From contig CAYQPU010000006.1 of assembly GCA_964419615.1 (NCBI GenBank), positions 15,418 to 54,521 on the forward strand: a DNA stretch of 39,104 nt. The letters are read 5' to 3'. A model generated the notes under the pieces. The model did not search any database. It worked only from the letters and a program-made list of their open reading frames with translations, and was not told where the DNA came from. The stretch comes from an uncultured Methanosarcinales archaeon. GTDB lineage: Archaea; Nanobdellota; Nanobdellia; Woesearchaeales; JAGVZT01. The position numbers and the translations under genes were made by a program. Positions within the stretch are counted from its first letter, which is position 1; each line of letters opens with the position of its first letter. This document shows, one piece after another, positions 1-8,296 of the stretch.

Positions 1-585
1 AAAGATAAAGAAATAATGGACAAAAATAACATTCAATATGATGTGACAGTGATTCCACAAAATAAGTATGGGGTAGAGCTGGCAAAGACTAAAGGACATT
101 ATCATTCAATTGTTAATGGAACAAATATTACTTATCCTGAAATGTACCAAGTTATTAGTGGGAAGGCTTTGTATTTACTGCAAAAATTAGAAAATGAAAA
201 AGTAGTTGATGTAGTTGCAGTCAAAGCTGTTGCAGGTGATATTGTAATTATTCCACCTAATTACGGACATATAACAATTAATAATTCAGATACAACACTT
301 AAAATGTGTAATTGGATTAGTGTAGATGTAAAAGCCAATTACAAAGCTATAGAAGAAAAAAAAGGAGGATCATATTTCAAGCTTGAGGATGGGATCTTAA
401 TGCAAAACAACAATTATGAAAACCTGCCTAAACCCCGGTTCTTGAAGGTTAACTGGAAAGCTCACTTTGGGGTTGAGGGAAACATGTATGAATTAATACG
501 TAAACCAAAACTACTTGAGTTCCTTAACAGACCGCAATTCCACAGCGAAATTTTTGAATTTATTAATACCTCTAACGCCAGATAA
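1..585 (+). CDS. pgi: Cupin-type (archaeal) glucose-6-phosphate isomerase, 5'-truncated by the window edge
   Basis: KTKGHYH, YPEMYQV and GDIVIIPPNYGHITIN cupin PGI motifs. Frame +1 is open from base 1 (KDKEI-MDKNN), so ATG16 is probably internal. Confidence 0.88.
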   Translation, partial: KDKEIMDKNNIQYDVTVIPQNKYGVELAKTKGHYHSIVNGTNITYPEMYQVISGKALYLLQKLENEKVVDVVAVKAVAGDIVIIPPNYGHITINNSDTTLKMCNWISVDVKANYKAIEEKKGGSYFKLEDGILMQNNNYENLPKPRFLKVNWKAHFGVEGNMYELIRKPKLLEFLNRPQFHSEIFEFINTSNAR

Positions 586-613
586 CTGCCTTGGTTGTTT
601 TAATTAGGCTCTT

Positions 614-643
614 TAGTATACAATGGGAGATTTTTGTATACTA
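614..643. repeat. Perfect 10-bp inverted repeat TAGTATACAA-N10-TTGTATACTA (operator or hairpin)
   Basis: Read directly: arms at 614-623 and 634-643, between the pgi stop and the TATA box at about 685. Confidence 0.8.
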
Positions 644-678
644 GTCTATTACTTCATATCATTTTATCAAATACATAC

Positions 679-692
679 GAAAGATTTATATA
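679..692 (+). promoter_or_regulatory. BRE-TATA promoter GAAAGATTTATATA for the 828 gene
   Basis: Archaeal BRE+TATA consensus. The identical 14-mer occurs at 28137-28150. GAGGGA RBS lies 8 nt before ATG828. Confidence 0.6.
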
Positions 693-827
693 TATGACAT
701 TATCATACATGTGGGTAGGGGGAAATTATTCCATTATGTGGTAAGTAAAAATGGATAACCACTACAGAAAAAATTCACACAATGATTTCTATTATTTTAT
801 GTTGTTAAATTTTGAGGGAACTGTACC

Positions 828-3800
828 ATGCTGCGAAAAAGTGAGATGAATATAAGCATTGATTTCCAAGCAATACACAACACTCTGGTATTTCATTTTT
901 CAACCATAATTGATTCTATGATATTAAATGGATATAATTTAATGACTAATTTTCTTAAATCTGATCAGACTGAATTTATCCTTCAGCAAGGGCATGAAGT
1001 AATTGAGATTCTAGAAGAGGAGCTGGATCTTTGTTTTAGAAAAGGGGTTGAGAATGCACTTAGAAAGGAAGGAGTGTATGTTAACATTTTATGGAAATCA
1101 GATAATTATAATGAACCAAAACTTGGTGGGTCTCAGAATCAATCAGATCCATGGATAGTTGGACTATATGATTGGTGCGATGGAGGAACTAATTTTGCAA
1201 GAAGGTTGCTAAAATTAGTAGATGAAAAAAAAGGGACATCTTTACTAAAAGCAGAAAGAGAAGTATTTACCTGCAATTCAAGTTCATTACTTACTTTTGC
1301 TGAAAGAATAAATGGAAAACTATCTAGGCCTATGGTAAGTATTGTGTATAGTCTTCTTTATAGAAAGACCTATTCTCATTTTAGAGAAACACAAGAGGTT
1401 GAAGGGTCTGCTTTTCTGAATGGAAAGATTCAATCCAAAGTCACAACCAACAAACCTAGTGTTGGCCTGATTAGAATAACGATTCCAAGATATGTTAATT
1501 ACATGTCAAAATATAATGGGATTTTTGAGGATAGATTTTTGTATTATCTAAGAAGAAAAAATATCAGAATAAATTGCTCAATTGCTTCTGGATCAAGTGC
1601 GAATGATTTGACAATGCTAGCAGAGGGAGAAGTAGAAGGATATATTGATATTAGAAAGAAATTTACAAGTCTTAATCCTAATCAAGATGCATGCCTACAG
1701 GAAGAGGATGTGATTTCAATTAAAGAATATCTTTCCAGAAAAGGAATCTATGTGTCAAAAGTAAATGGGCTCGTTCCAAACTTGCAGAGCGGTTTTTGTA
1801 ATTATAGTAAGAAAAATTCAATTAGTTTGGTTGCACTTAATCCAAGCAAAATAAAGGACAATGAACTTGCATATATAATTGAAGCAATAGACTTTGGATC
1901 TTACTATGCCATGCGCCAATACTTTGAAGATAAGTCAAACCAAGGGTGGCCAGCAGCACAAATAACAATTCAGGATTTTATTATGTTTAAAAAATCAAAT
2001 CCAACTGCCAAATCCAATGATTTGAAAGAGATTGTAACTCAATTTAGAGATATACTAGTTAAGGATAGCAAAGGGAATTTTGATATTATGAAGGATGCAA
2101 AGGCTTTGTTAAATAAGTGTGCAAGGAAAAATACACTTAGATCTATTGCTAATGCTGCAATAATGATGTCTCTCCTTGGAATGAATTCAGATGCTAATGA
2201 ACAATTTATTTCCTCATTAACTATTGTGAGACAGAAAATGCAAAATCTAATTGACCAAGGGGAAAATTCAAAAAAAATGAGATACAAAGAAGATTACTCT
2301 GAGTTAATGGTATACAAAAATGATCTTGCAACAGTGACATTTAATTATGCAGTACACTTGAAAAGAGAGCTAAAACTTGTTGATCCAGATGATTTTTCAA
2401 AAATACAGTTATTACACAATAAGATCATAAATTTACTGAGTGAGGCAATTGAGAATAACCCAATTAGGATTGATTGCCTAGTTAGCTATGCTGATATTCT
2501 GCATAGAGATAATCAAAGTAACAGAGCATTGGTTTATCTTATTATTGCTGACAAACTAGTGGATGAACGGGAGATTCAGATGAATCTTGACCTGCCAATA
2601 GAAACAAAGACAAAGCTTTACCAGCTTGGTGTAAGTGCTTGTAGCTCTTTAGCAAATGATGATAAAAAATTGTATTTTAATTCAAAGCTTGAGGTACTTT
2701 TCATCCCAGAGATTAGGAGAATTGCTTCTTGTTTTAGTGACATTAAGAAAGGTTCACATTTGGGAAAGGATGTAGAGAAGTTTTTGGGGATTAATGTCAG
2801 GCATTTAACTACAGACATATTAGTTCGGCTTGGAAAATTATTAGAATCACTAAAGAAAGATCAGGATAAACTTCCTGAAATAGAGAGTAATTTGCAGCTC
2901 ATATTATCTGCTGTTTTTGGCATAAATAATTGGAATATTGAGGGATATCTTGGAGTAGGAAGAGATAAATTAACCTTAAAAGTTACAGATTCAGTTATTG
3001 CGAAAGATAATGCTGCCTTGAAGATTTTAATCCCTTCCAAAGAATCCAAGAAAGAGAGAGAGAGAATGTTGAAGAACTTAAGTTCTGAGCAGATCTCAGA
3101 ATTATCCCGAACAAATCAAAATCTTGTTTACACGCATTCACCTGGCAAATTCACTGCACCTAATGGTGAGATTTACTATTTTTACTTGGAAGAATTGTTT
3201 GACAAAAACCTTGATAAGGAACTAAAAAACAAGAAATATGATTTTGTAAACAAAAATGCTATGAAAAATAGATTGCAATTATTTTTTGATATTTTCGGTC
3301 AGATAGTGAACGGAGTTAAGGGATGTCATGATTCAAATTATGTTTACGATGGACTCAAAGCAGAGAATATTGTAATTAAAGGAGATAGAATTGCACTCTG
3401 TGATTTTTCTTCAATGGTTCAGATTGGAAGTAAAGAGAAATCTGATGGTTCTATGTTAACAATGCCTGTTGAATTAATGAATGGCTGTCCTCCAAGCTTT
3501 GAAACAGATATGTTCAGGGTGCTGGCAGAAGGATATAATATTCTTTTTGGTGCATATCCCTTTTCTGAACAGAATGTAAAACCAAAGACAAAAAGGAAGA
3601 GAATGGAGTTTAACAGTATTTTAAAGGAAAGAGCCCATAAAAGGAATTATGATTTTTTATTTAATTTGGATTACAACCCTTATTTTGAGTTCCTTCCAGA
3701 TAACATTAGATTTAAGATAAAGGCTTTTTTTGAGGCAGGTCTCAAACCAAATTTATCCAAAAGAGTTTACAAAACTATTGATGAATTAAACAAGAGCTTT

Positions 3801-3836
3801 AAAAAATTAAGATTAGAATGCCAAAAATCTATTTAA
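828..3836 (+). CDS. Multidomain protein: inositol monophosphatase/FBPase-like domain, TPR-like helical region and Ser/Thr protein kinase-like (probable pseudokinase) domain
   Basis: N-terminal DWCDGGTNF (cf. DPIDGTxNF), SGSSANDLTMLAEGEVEGYIDIR and EEDVISI...GIYVSKVNG. C-terminal LGVG loop, ALK, YDGLKAEN (cf. HRDLKPEN), CDFS, PVE, TDMF and SKR. Confidence 0.75.
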   Translation: MLRKSEMNISIDFQAIHNTLVFHFSTIIDSMILNGYNLMTNFLKSDQTEFILQQGHEVIEILEEELDLCFRKGVENALRKEGVYVNILWKSDNYNEPKLGGSQNQSDPWIVGLYDWCDGGTNFARRLLKLVDEKKGTSLLKAEREVFTCNSSSLLTFAERINGKLSRPMVSIVYSLLYRKTYSHFRETQEVEGSAFLNGKIQSKVTTNKPSVGLIRITIPRYVNYMSKYNGIFEDRFLYYLRRKNIRINCSIASGSSANDLTMLAEGEVEGYIDIRKKFTSLNPNQDACLQEEDVISIKEYLSRKGIYVSKVNGLVPNLQSGFCNYSKKNSISLVALNPSKIKDNELAYIIEAIDFGSYYAMRQYFEDKSNQGWPAAQITIQDFIMFKKSNPTAKSNDLKEIVTQFRDILVKDSKGNFDIMKDAKALLNKCARKNTLRSIANAAIMMSLLGMNSDANEQFISSLTIVRQKMQNLIDQGENSKKMRYKEDYSELMVYKNDLATVTFNYAVHLKRELKLVDPDDFSKIQLLHNKIINLLSEAIENNPIRIDCLVSYADILHRDNQSNRALVYLIIADKLVDEREIQMNLDLPIETKTKLYQLGVSACSSLANDDKKLYFNSKLEVLFIPEIRRIASCFSDIKKGSHLGKDVEKFLGINVRHLTTDILVRLGKLLESLKKDQDKLPEIESNLQLILSAVFGINNWNIEGYLGVGRDKLTLKVTDSVIAKDNAALKILIPSKESKKERERMLKNLSSEQISELSRTNQNLVYTHSPGKFTAPNGEIYYFYLEELFDKNLDKELKNKKYDFVNKNAMKNRLQLFFDIFGQIVNGVKGCHDSNYVYDGLKAENIVIKGDRIALCDFSSMVQIGSKEKSDGSMLTMPVELMNGCPPSFETDMFRVLAEGYNILFGAYPFSEQNVKPKTKRKRMEFNSILKERAHKRNYDFLFNLDYNPYFEFLPDNIRFKIKAFFEAGLKPNLSKRVYKTIDELNKSFKKLRLECQKSI

Positions 3837-4401
3837 GAATCTTCTTAATAACTGCTTCAACGTTTTTAGTAAGTGTCTCAACTGTCCCCTCATTAATAAT
3901 AGTGTAATCTGCCATTGCTATTGGACCGGCACTATGAAGATCTTCGATTTCTGAGTAATCTCTTTTTTGTGCTTGTTCTTTTGTTAGTGGTCTGTTGATT
4001 GCTTTTGTATCTTCTTTTTTTAGTTTTCTATGGATGAGTCTTTCATATCTTATTTTAGGATTTGCATAGATTGCTATGTGGACAAATTGATCTTTGTATT
4101 TTTCTTTTAGAAGCTTGTACTCTTCCCAGCTCATTAGGTCATCAGCAATTATGTTGGTGGATTTCAGGTACTCATCAAATTTGGGTAATAAGAATTTGGC
4201 CATAGCTGCCATTCCATGTTCTTTTCTCATGTTTTCTCTGACTTTTTTTTCGTTTTCTTCGTTTACACCAATACCTAAACGGATGACTTCATCAAGTACT
4301 GCTTGACCAAATCTCAAGTATTTGAATCCTTGCTCTGCAAATAAGTTTGATACATCTGTTTTGCCAGCTCCTGTCATTCCAGATACAGCTATGAGTTTCA
4401 T
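3829..4401 (-). CDS. P-loop nucleotide kinase, dephospho-CoA kinase-like/UPF0200-type archaeal family (substrate uncertain)
   Basis: GMTGAGKT Walker A, RD..E lid and IAMADYTIINEG C-terminal motif. Confidence 0.75.
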   Translation of the reverse strand: MKLIAVSGMTGAGKTDVSNLFAEQGFKYLRFGQAVLDEVIRLGIGVNEENEKKVRENMRKEHGMAAMAKFLLPKFDEYLKSTNIIADDLMSWEEYKLLKEKYKDQFVHIAIYANPKIRYERLIHRKLKKEDTKAINRPLTKEQAQKRDYSEIEDLHSAGPIAMADYTIINEGTVETLTKNVEAVIKKILK

Positions 4402-4519
4402 TAGGAGTTTTATTTTGCAGCTTGCTTATAAATTTTCCCTATGTTCTATTATATAGTTTGGATTAAAGAAATGAATATAAACTTGGAAGATTCTTTTTAA
4501 TTTCTAGTTCTTGGAGGTG

Positions 4520-5203
4520 ATGAGAATAGGTGCTCAAATACTTTTAGTTGATGGAAATATTGGTGTTGGTAAAACAAAATTACTGGAACATATAGCTGAA
4601 TACTGGCAGGAAGTTACTGGTGATAAAAGAGAAATAATAATATTACCAGAAATTGTTGAGGAAAACCCTCTTTTTCCAGATTATCTAGATGCATTAGATA
4701 GATTTTATAATGAAGATGAACCAATTCCAAACAATATTGGCTTTAATACTCAACTAATTTTTTTAATAAATGGTTACAGGCAACTAAAAGAAGCACATAG
4801 GACTGCTCAATTAGAGAATGCATTGATAATAAAGGATAGAAGCTATATGGGAGATATGGTTTTTTGTCAAAAATTAAAGGATGATTTAGTAATCCCCGAG
4901 CATGACTTTATCACTTATGAAAGAATATTTGGAAAATTATCTCCTGATCTTGATGTGTCCTTGTTTATGTATCTTAGAGCAAAAACCACAACTTTGATGG
5001 ATAGAATTGCACATAGGGGAAGAATTGGAGAAGAAGCTTATGATGAAGAGTACATTGATGACTTGACAGTTAGGCATGACCAGATTTTTGATGATTATCC
5101 TGGCAAAAAATTAAAATTACAATATGACATGCCAAATATTTTTAGTCATACTGATAGAGAAGAGATTTTTTTAAAACTATTTAAGGAATTAAATGGAATA
5201 TGA
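4520..5203 (+). CDS. Deoxynucleoside kinase (dNK family)
   Basis: DGNIGVGKT, FNTQLIFL, DRSYMGDMVF and RIAHRGRIGE lid. ATG4520 is preferred over TTG4511, which overlaps the GGAGGTG SD. Confidence 0.85.
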   Translation: MRIGAQILLVDGNIGVGKTKLLEHIAEYWQEVTGDKREIIILPEIVEENPLFPDYLDALDRFYNEDEPIPNNIGFNTQLIFLINGYRQLKEAHRTAQLENALIIKDRSYMGDMVFCQKLKDDLVIPEHDFITYERIFGKLSPDLDVSLFMYLRAKTTTLMDRIAHRGRIGEEAYDEEYIDDLTVRHDQIFDDYPGKKLKLQYDMPNIFSHTDREEIFLKLFKELNGI

Positions 5204-6543
5204 ATCTAATTAAAATTGGCAAAGATCCAAATTTGAATAGAGATATTAGTAAGTTGGTGAATTTCAAACCAAAATTACAATTGTTTAATGCAGGTGATGT
5301 GTTTGTTGGACATCCAAGTTCTAATCTTGCTATTGGTGTGATTTACACATGGAAAGAGGATCTTGCTCCAAGTCATGTTAAAGAGTTTTTGCAGAAATTG
5401 TCTAATTATGCTTATCTTTCTGGTTTTTGGAGAACTACAAATGGAACTAAGTATGTATTTGCTAATGTTTTAGCTAATCCAAATGTAAATAAACTTGTGA
5501 TTCTGGTTTTTGGACAAAAAGACAACGGTCATTTGTTGGTTGATGCTCTTGAAAGTTTTTGGAAAAATGGTGTTAACGAACAGCTGAGAATAATTGGAAC
5601 AAAAGCTCAGAATCCAAAGTTTGAACAGGTTTCAATAGAAGGATTGGATAGAATCCGAGAACAGTGTGATCTGATTGTGTTGAGGAATGTAAAACCAGCC
5701 TACCTTGGAGTTGTTGAGAAGTTGATAAAGAATTCTGTTAATACTCCAAAGAATGCTGTGAAGGTAGATGATTGTAAATTAGATATTAGTTTTATTTCTA
5801 ATGTTTTAGACAATAAAATAATTTATGATGATGGTGCTCGGTTTAAAGAACCGTTTGATGTTGATTTGAGTAATGATTCTAGTAAACTAAAGATTGAAAA
5901 GCATACAGTCTCTAGTACACTAGGTGGAGCTGTTCAAGCAAAGAACCTTGATGCCGCACTGCATGTTATCTCAGACCATGTTTTTACTAATGGAGCTTTG
6001 AATGTAGATGAGAGGAATTTTCACACTATTGAAAGCAGGAGTTTTACAGTAGTGATTGAGGATGCACTGGAAAAGATCCCTATAGGTTTTTCAACTGAAT
6101 ATGTTATGAATTATGTTGACGAGTTTATGAATGGGTCCAAGCAAAAGCAGAGTTATAATTATCACGATAGGATCTTTAAGAAATGGGGGAATCAAGTTGA
6201 TAGAGCATTAAAGAAGTTAAAGCAAAATCCTGAAACAAGGAGAGCAATAATATCTCTTTGGGATCCAGAGGAAGATTTGGAGTCATCAAATCCACCATGT
6301 TTTAATTTTATTAGTGCAATTGCTAGAGATAGTAAACTTGAGTTTCATGTTGTTTTTAGAAGTCATCATCTTGCAACAGTTGATTCCAAAGGTGGAGTGA
6401 TTTTGGGAGAAGGTGCATTTGTTCCAAATTTATATGCCATTGCGTCACTACAAAAAAGAATGGCACAAAAATTAAATATAAAAAGAGGTCCTCTAGTTTT
6501 GACAGATTTGTCTGGGCATCTGTATGTGAGCGGGATAAAATGA
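5200..6543 (+). CDS. MtrA-like N-terminal domain fused to a thymidylate synthase (ThyA/dNMP C1-transferase) domain
   Basis: N-terminal ANVLANPNVNKLVILV-GQKDNGH111LLVDALESFWKNGV...RIIGTKAQNP matches MtrA. C-terminal RRAIISLW, PPC367F, FRSHH, N410 and GHLY match the TS fold. ATGA overlaps with both neighbours. Confidence 0.8.
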   Translation: MNLIKIGKDPNLNRDISKLVNFKPKLQLFNAGDVFVGHPSSNLAIGVIYTWKEDLAPSHVKEFLQKLSNYAYLSGFWRTTNGTKYVFANVLANPNVNKLVILVFGQKDNGHLLVDALESFWKNGVNEQLRIIGTKAQNPKFEQVSIEGLDRIREQCDLIVLRNVKPAYLGVVEKLIKNSVNTPKNAVKVDDCKLDISFISNVLDNKIIYDDGARFKEPFDVDLSNDSSKLKIEKHTVSSTLGGAVQAKNLDAALHVISDHVFTNGALNVDERNFHTIESRSFTVVIEDALEKIPIGFSTEYVMNYVDEFMNGSKQKQSYNYHDRIFKKWGNQVDRALKKLKQNPETRRAIISLWDPEEDLESSNPPCFNFISAIARDSKLEFHVVFRSHHLATVDSKGGVILGEGAFVPNLYAIASLQKRMAQKLNIKRGPLVLTDLSGHLYVSGIK

Positions 6544-7199
6544 GGGGTCGTAAAGGTATGTTAATAGTTGTTTGTGGAATTGATGGCTCAGGCAAGGGGA
6601 CACAGTGGAAAGAGCTAAAGAAGAGATTTAGGGAAGAAGGTTACAAAGTAAAAGGTTTTGACTTTCCACAATATGGTAAAGAATCCGCAAGAGATGTTGA
6701 GAAATACTTAAACGGAGAATTCGGACCAAAAGAATTAATTGACCCAAAGGTTGTTTCAGATTATTATGCTCAAGATAGATTTTCTGTTGCACCAGAAATT
6801 CAAAAGCATTTGGATGAAGGTTGGATTGTCCTTTGTAATAGATATTCTTCATCAAATGGAGGTCACCAATCAATAAGGTATGAAACATATGATGAGAGAA
6901 TTGAATATTTAAATTGGTTATTTCAATATGAATATGGTGAGCTTGGTATCCCTAAACCTGACCTTACTTTTATTACAGATGTGAATCACCAATTAGCACA
7001 GGAAAATGTTAAGAAAAAAGGTGCCAGAGATTATGTTGGTGGAGAAAAAATGGATATTCACGAGTCAGATCCAATGCATTTGTTAGGTGCTAGAGATGTT
7101 TACCAATGGCTTGCTAATAGGTACGATGATTGGCACTTAATTAATTGTATGCACAGTGGTGCTATGCGATCTGTTGAAGATATCCATGCAGAAATTTGA
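6540..7199 (+). CDS. tmk: Thymidylate kinase (dTMP kinase) paralog 1; probable premature TGA, with the natural end at 7241
   Basis: GIDGSGKGTQ, DFPQY, NRYSSSNGGHQ and PKPDLT. The frame continues GMIVPYLANLKDQ to tandem TGA TGA (7239-7244). Confidence 0.85.
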   Translation: MRGRKGMLIVVCGIDGSGKGTQWKELKKRFREEGYKVKGFDFPQYGKESARDVEKYLNGEFGPKELIDPKVVSDYYAQDRFSVAPEIQKHLDEGWIVLCNRYSSSNGGHQSIRYETYDERIEYLNWLFQYEYGELGIPKPDLTFITDVNHQLAQENVKKKGARDYVGGEKMDIHESDPMHLLGARDVYQWLANRYDDWHLINCMHSGAMRSVEDIHAEI

Positions 7200-7256
7200 G
7201 GTATGATTGTTCCCTACTTAGCAAACCTAAAAGATCAGTGATGACTCTTTTTTGAT

Positions 7257-7270
7257 AAAGTATTTAAACT
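7257..7270 (+). promoter_or_regulatory. BRE-TATA for the second tmk (leaderless spacing)
   Basis: AAAGTATTTAAACT, ending about 22 nt before ATG7292. Confidence 0.5.
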
Positions 7271-7291
7271 ACATATTTCTAAATTGGTGTT

Positions 7292-8011
7292 ATGGGAGGA
7301 TTTGTTATTGTTGATGGGATTGATGGTTCTGGTAAAGGAGTGATGATGCAGGCCTTTAGAGAGTGGGCCTCAGGTAAAAAGTGTTTAGATCTAAAGGAAT
7401 TTGGCCTTGAGAATAACAGGTTACCAACTGAAGAGGAAATTAAAGATTATGAGGTTATTTTTTCTCGTGAACCAAGTCCAGTTTATGCAGGTAAAGCCTT
7501 AACTGAAGAGATTATAAAGAATAATAATAGAGATTATTCTGTTGAAACAACAGCCTGGGCTTTTGCTATTGACAGAGAAATACTGTATAATAGAGTAATC
7601 ATTCCAGCTGTGAAACAGGGTAAGTTTGTGTTTCAAGAAAGAGGTGTTGTTACCTCGCTTGTTTACCAGCCTGTGCAAGGTAGAATGACTTTTAAACAGA
7701 TGATTCAAATGCCTGGCAACAGATTAGCATTGAAGAACTCTCCTGATTTGTTGATTCTTGCAAAGGTTGAGCCAAAGATTGTTGTTGACAGAATGAAAGC
7801 AAATGGAAAGCTTGGAAATGATATTTTCTCAACTCTTAATTTTCAAAGAAAGATTGATAGCCGATATTCCAGTCCATGGCTTCAGAGTTTGTTTGCAAAG
7901 TTTGGCACAAAGATTGTTTATTGTGATAATAATCCTCCAAAAACACCTGAGGAAACAAAAGAAGAAGTTAAAAAAATATGGATGAATTTTGTAAAGGATG
8001 AAGAGAATTAA
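7292..8011 (+). CDS. tmk: Thymidylate kinase paralog 2
   Basis: DGIDGSGKG, SREPS, DREILY...IIPA and ERGVVTSLVYQ. Confidence 0.82.
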   Translation: MGGFVIVDGIDGSGKGVMMQAFREWASGKKCLDLKEFGLENNRLPTEEEIKDYEVIFSREPSPVYAGKALTEEIIKNNNRDYSVETTAWAFAIDREILYNRVIIPAVKQGKFVFQERGVVTSLVYQPVQGRMTFKQMIQMPGNRLALKNSPDLLILAKVEPKIVVDRMKANGKLGNDIFSTLNFQRKIDSRYSSPWLQSLFAKFGTKIVYCDNNPPKTPEETKEEVKKIWMNFVKDEEN

Positions 8012-8088
8012 TCTGCTTCTAAATCTTCTTCAAAGTCGGTCAAAGTCTTATTGTTGATTATAGTCTTAAAACTAATCTTGTTTTCCAC
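8008..8088 (-). CDS. Putative 26-aa micro-protein MENKISFKTIINNKTLTDFEEDLEAD (not in the ORF track)
   Basis: GAGGTG SD (8095-8100), 6-nt spacer and GTG start. The TAA stop overlaps the tmk2 stop in a TTAA. TATA-like CTTTAAATA at about 8144-8152 on the minus strand. Confidence 0.5.
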   Translation of the reverse strand: MENKISFKTIINNKTLTDFEEDLEAD

Positions 8089-8296
8089 GTATTACACCTC
8101 TTTACTACAAAAAATCAGTATAGATTGTTATTTGGTATACTCATATTTAAAGAATCTCAATTTGGAAACTATATAATCCAAGCCGTTATTATTGGTGTGG
8201 TATTACAAGTTTTAAACACTTGTTAGTTAATCAGTCTATTTGGTGATAATATATGGCACTGTCTATAATAATTTAATAATACTTCAAGGCTTAGAA

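Noticed and set aside
3829-4401. Confident dephospho-CoA kinase (coaE) call
   Set aside because: It is only a distant CoaE-like P-loop family member, and the substrate cannot be assigned from sequence.
5200-5800. MtrA domain as evidence of methanogenesis
   Set aside because: No other mtr genes are present, it has no membrane anchor, and it is fused to a TS domain.
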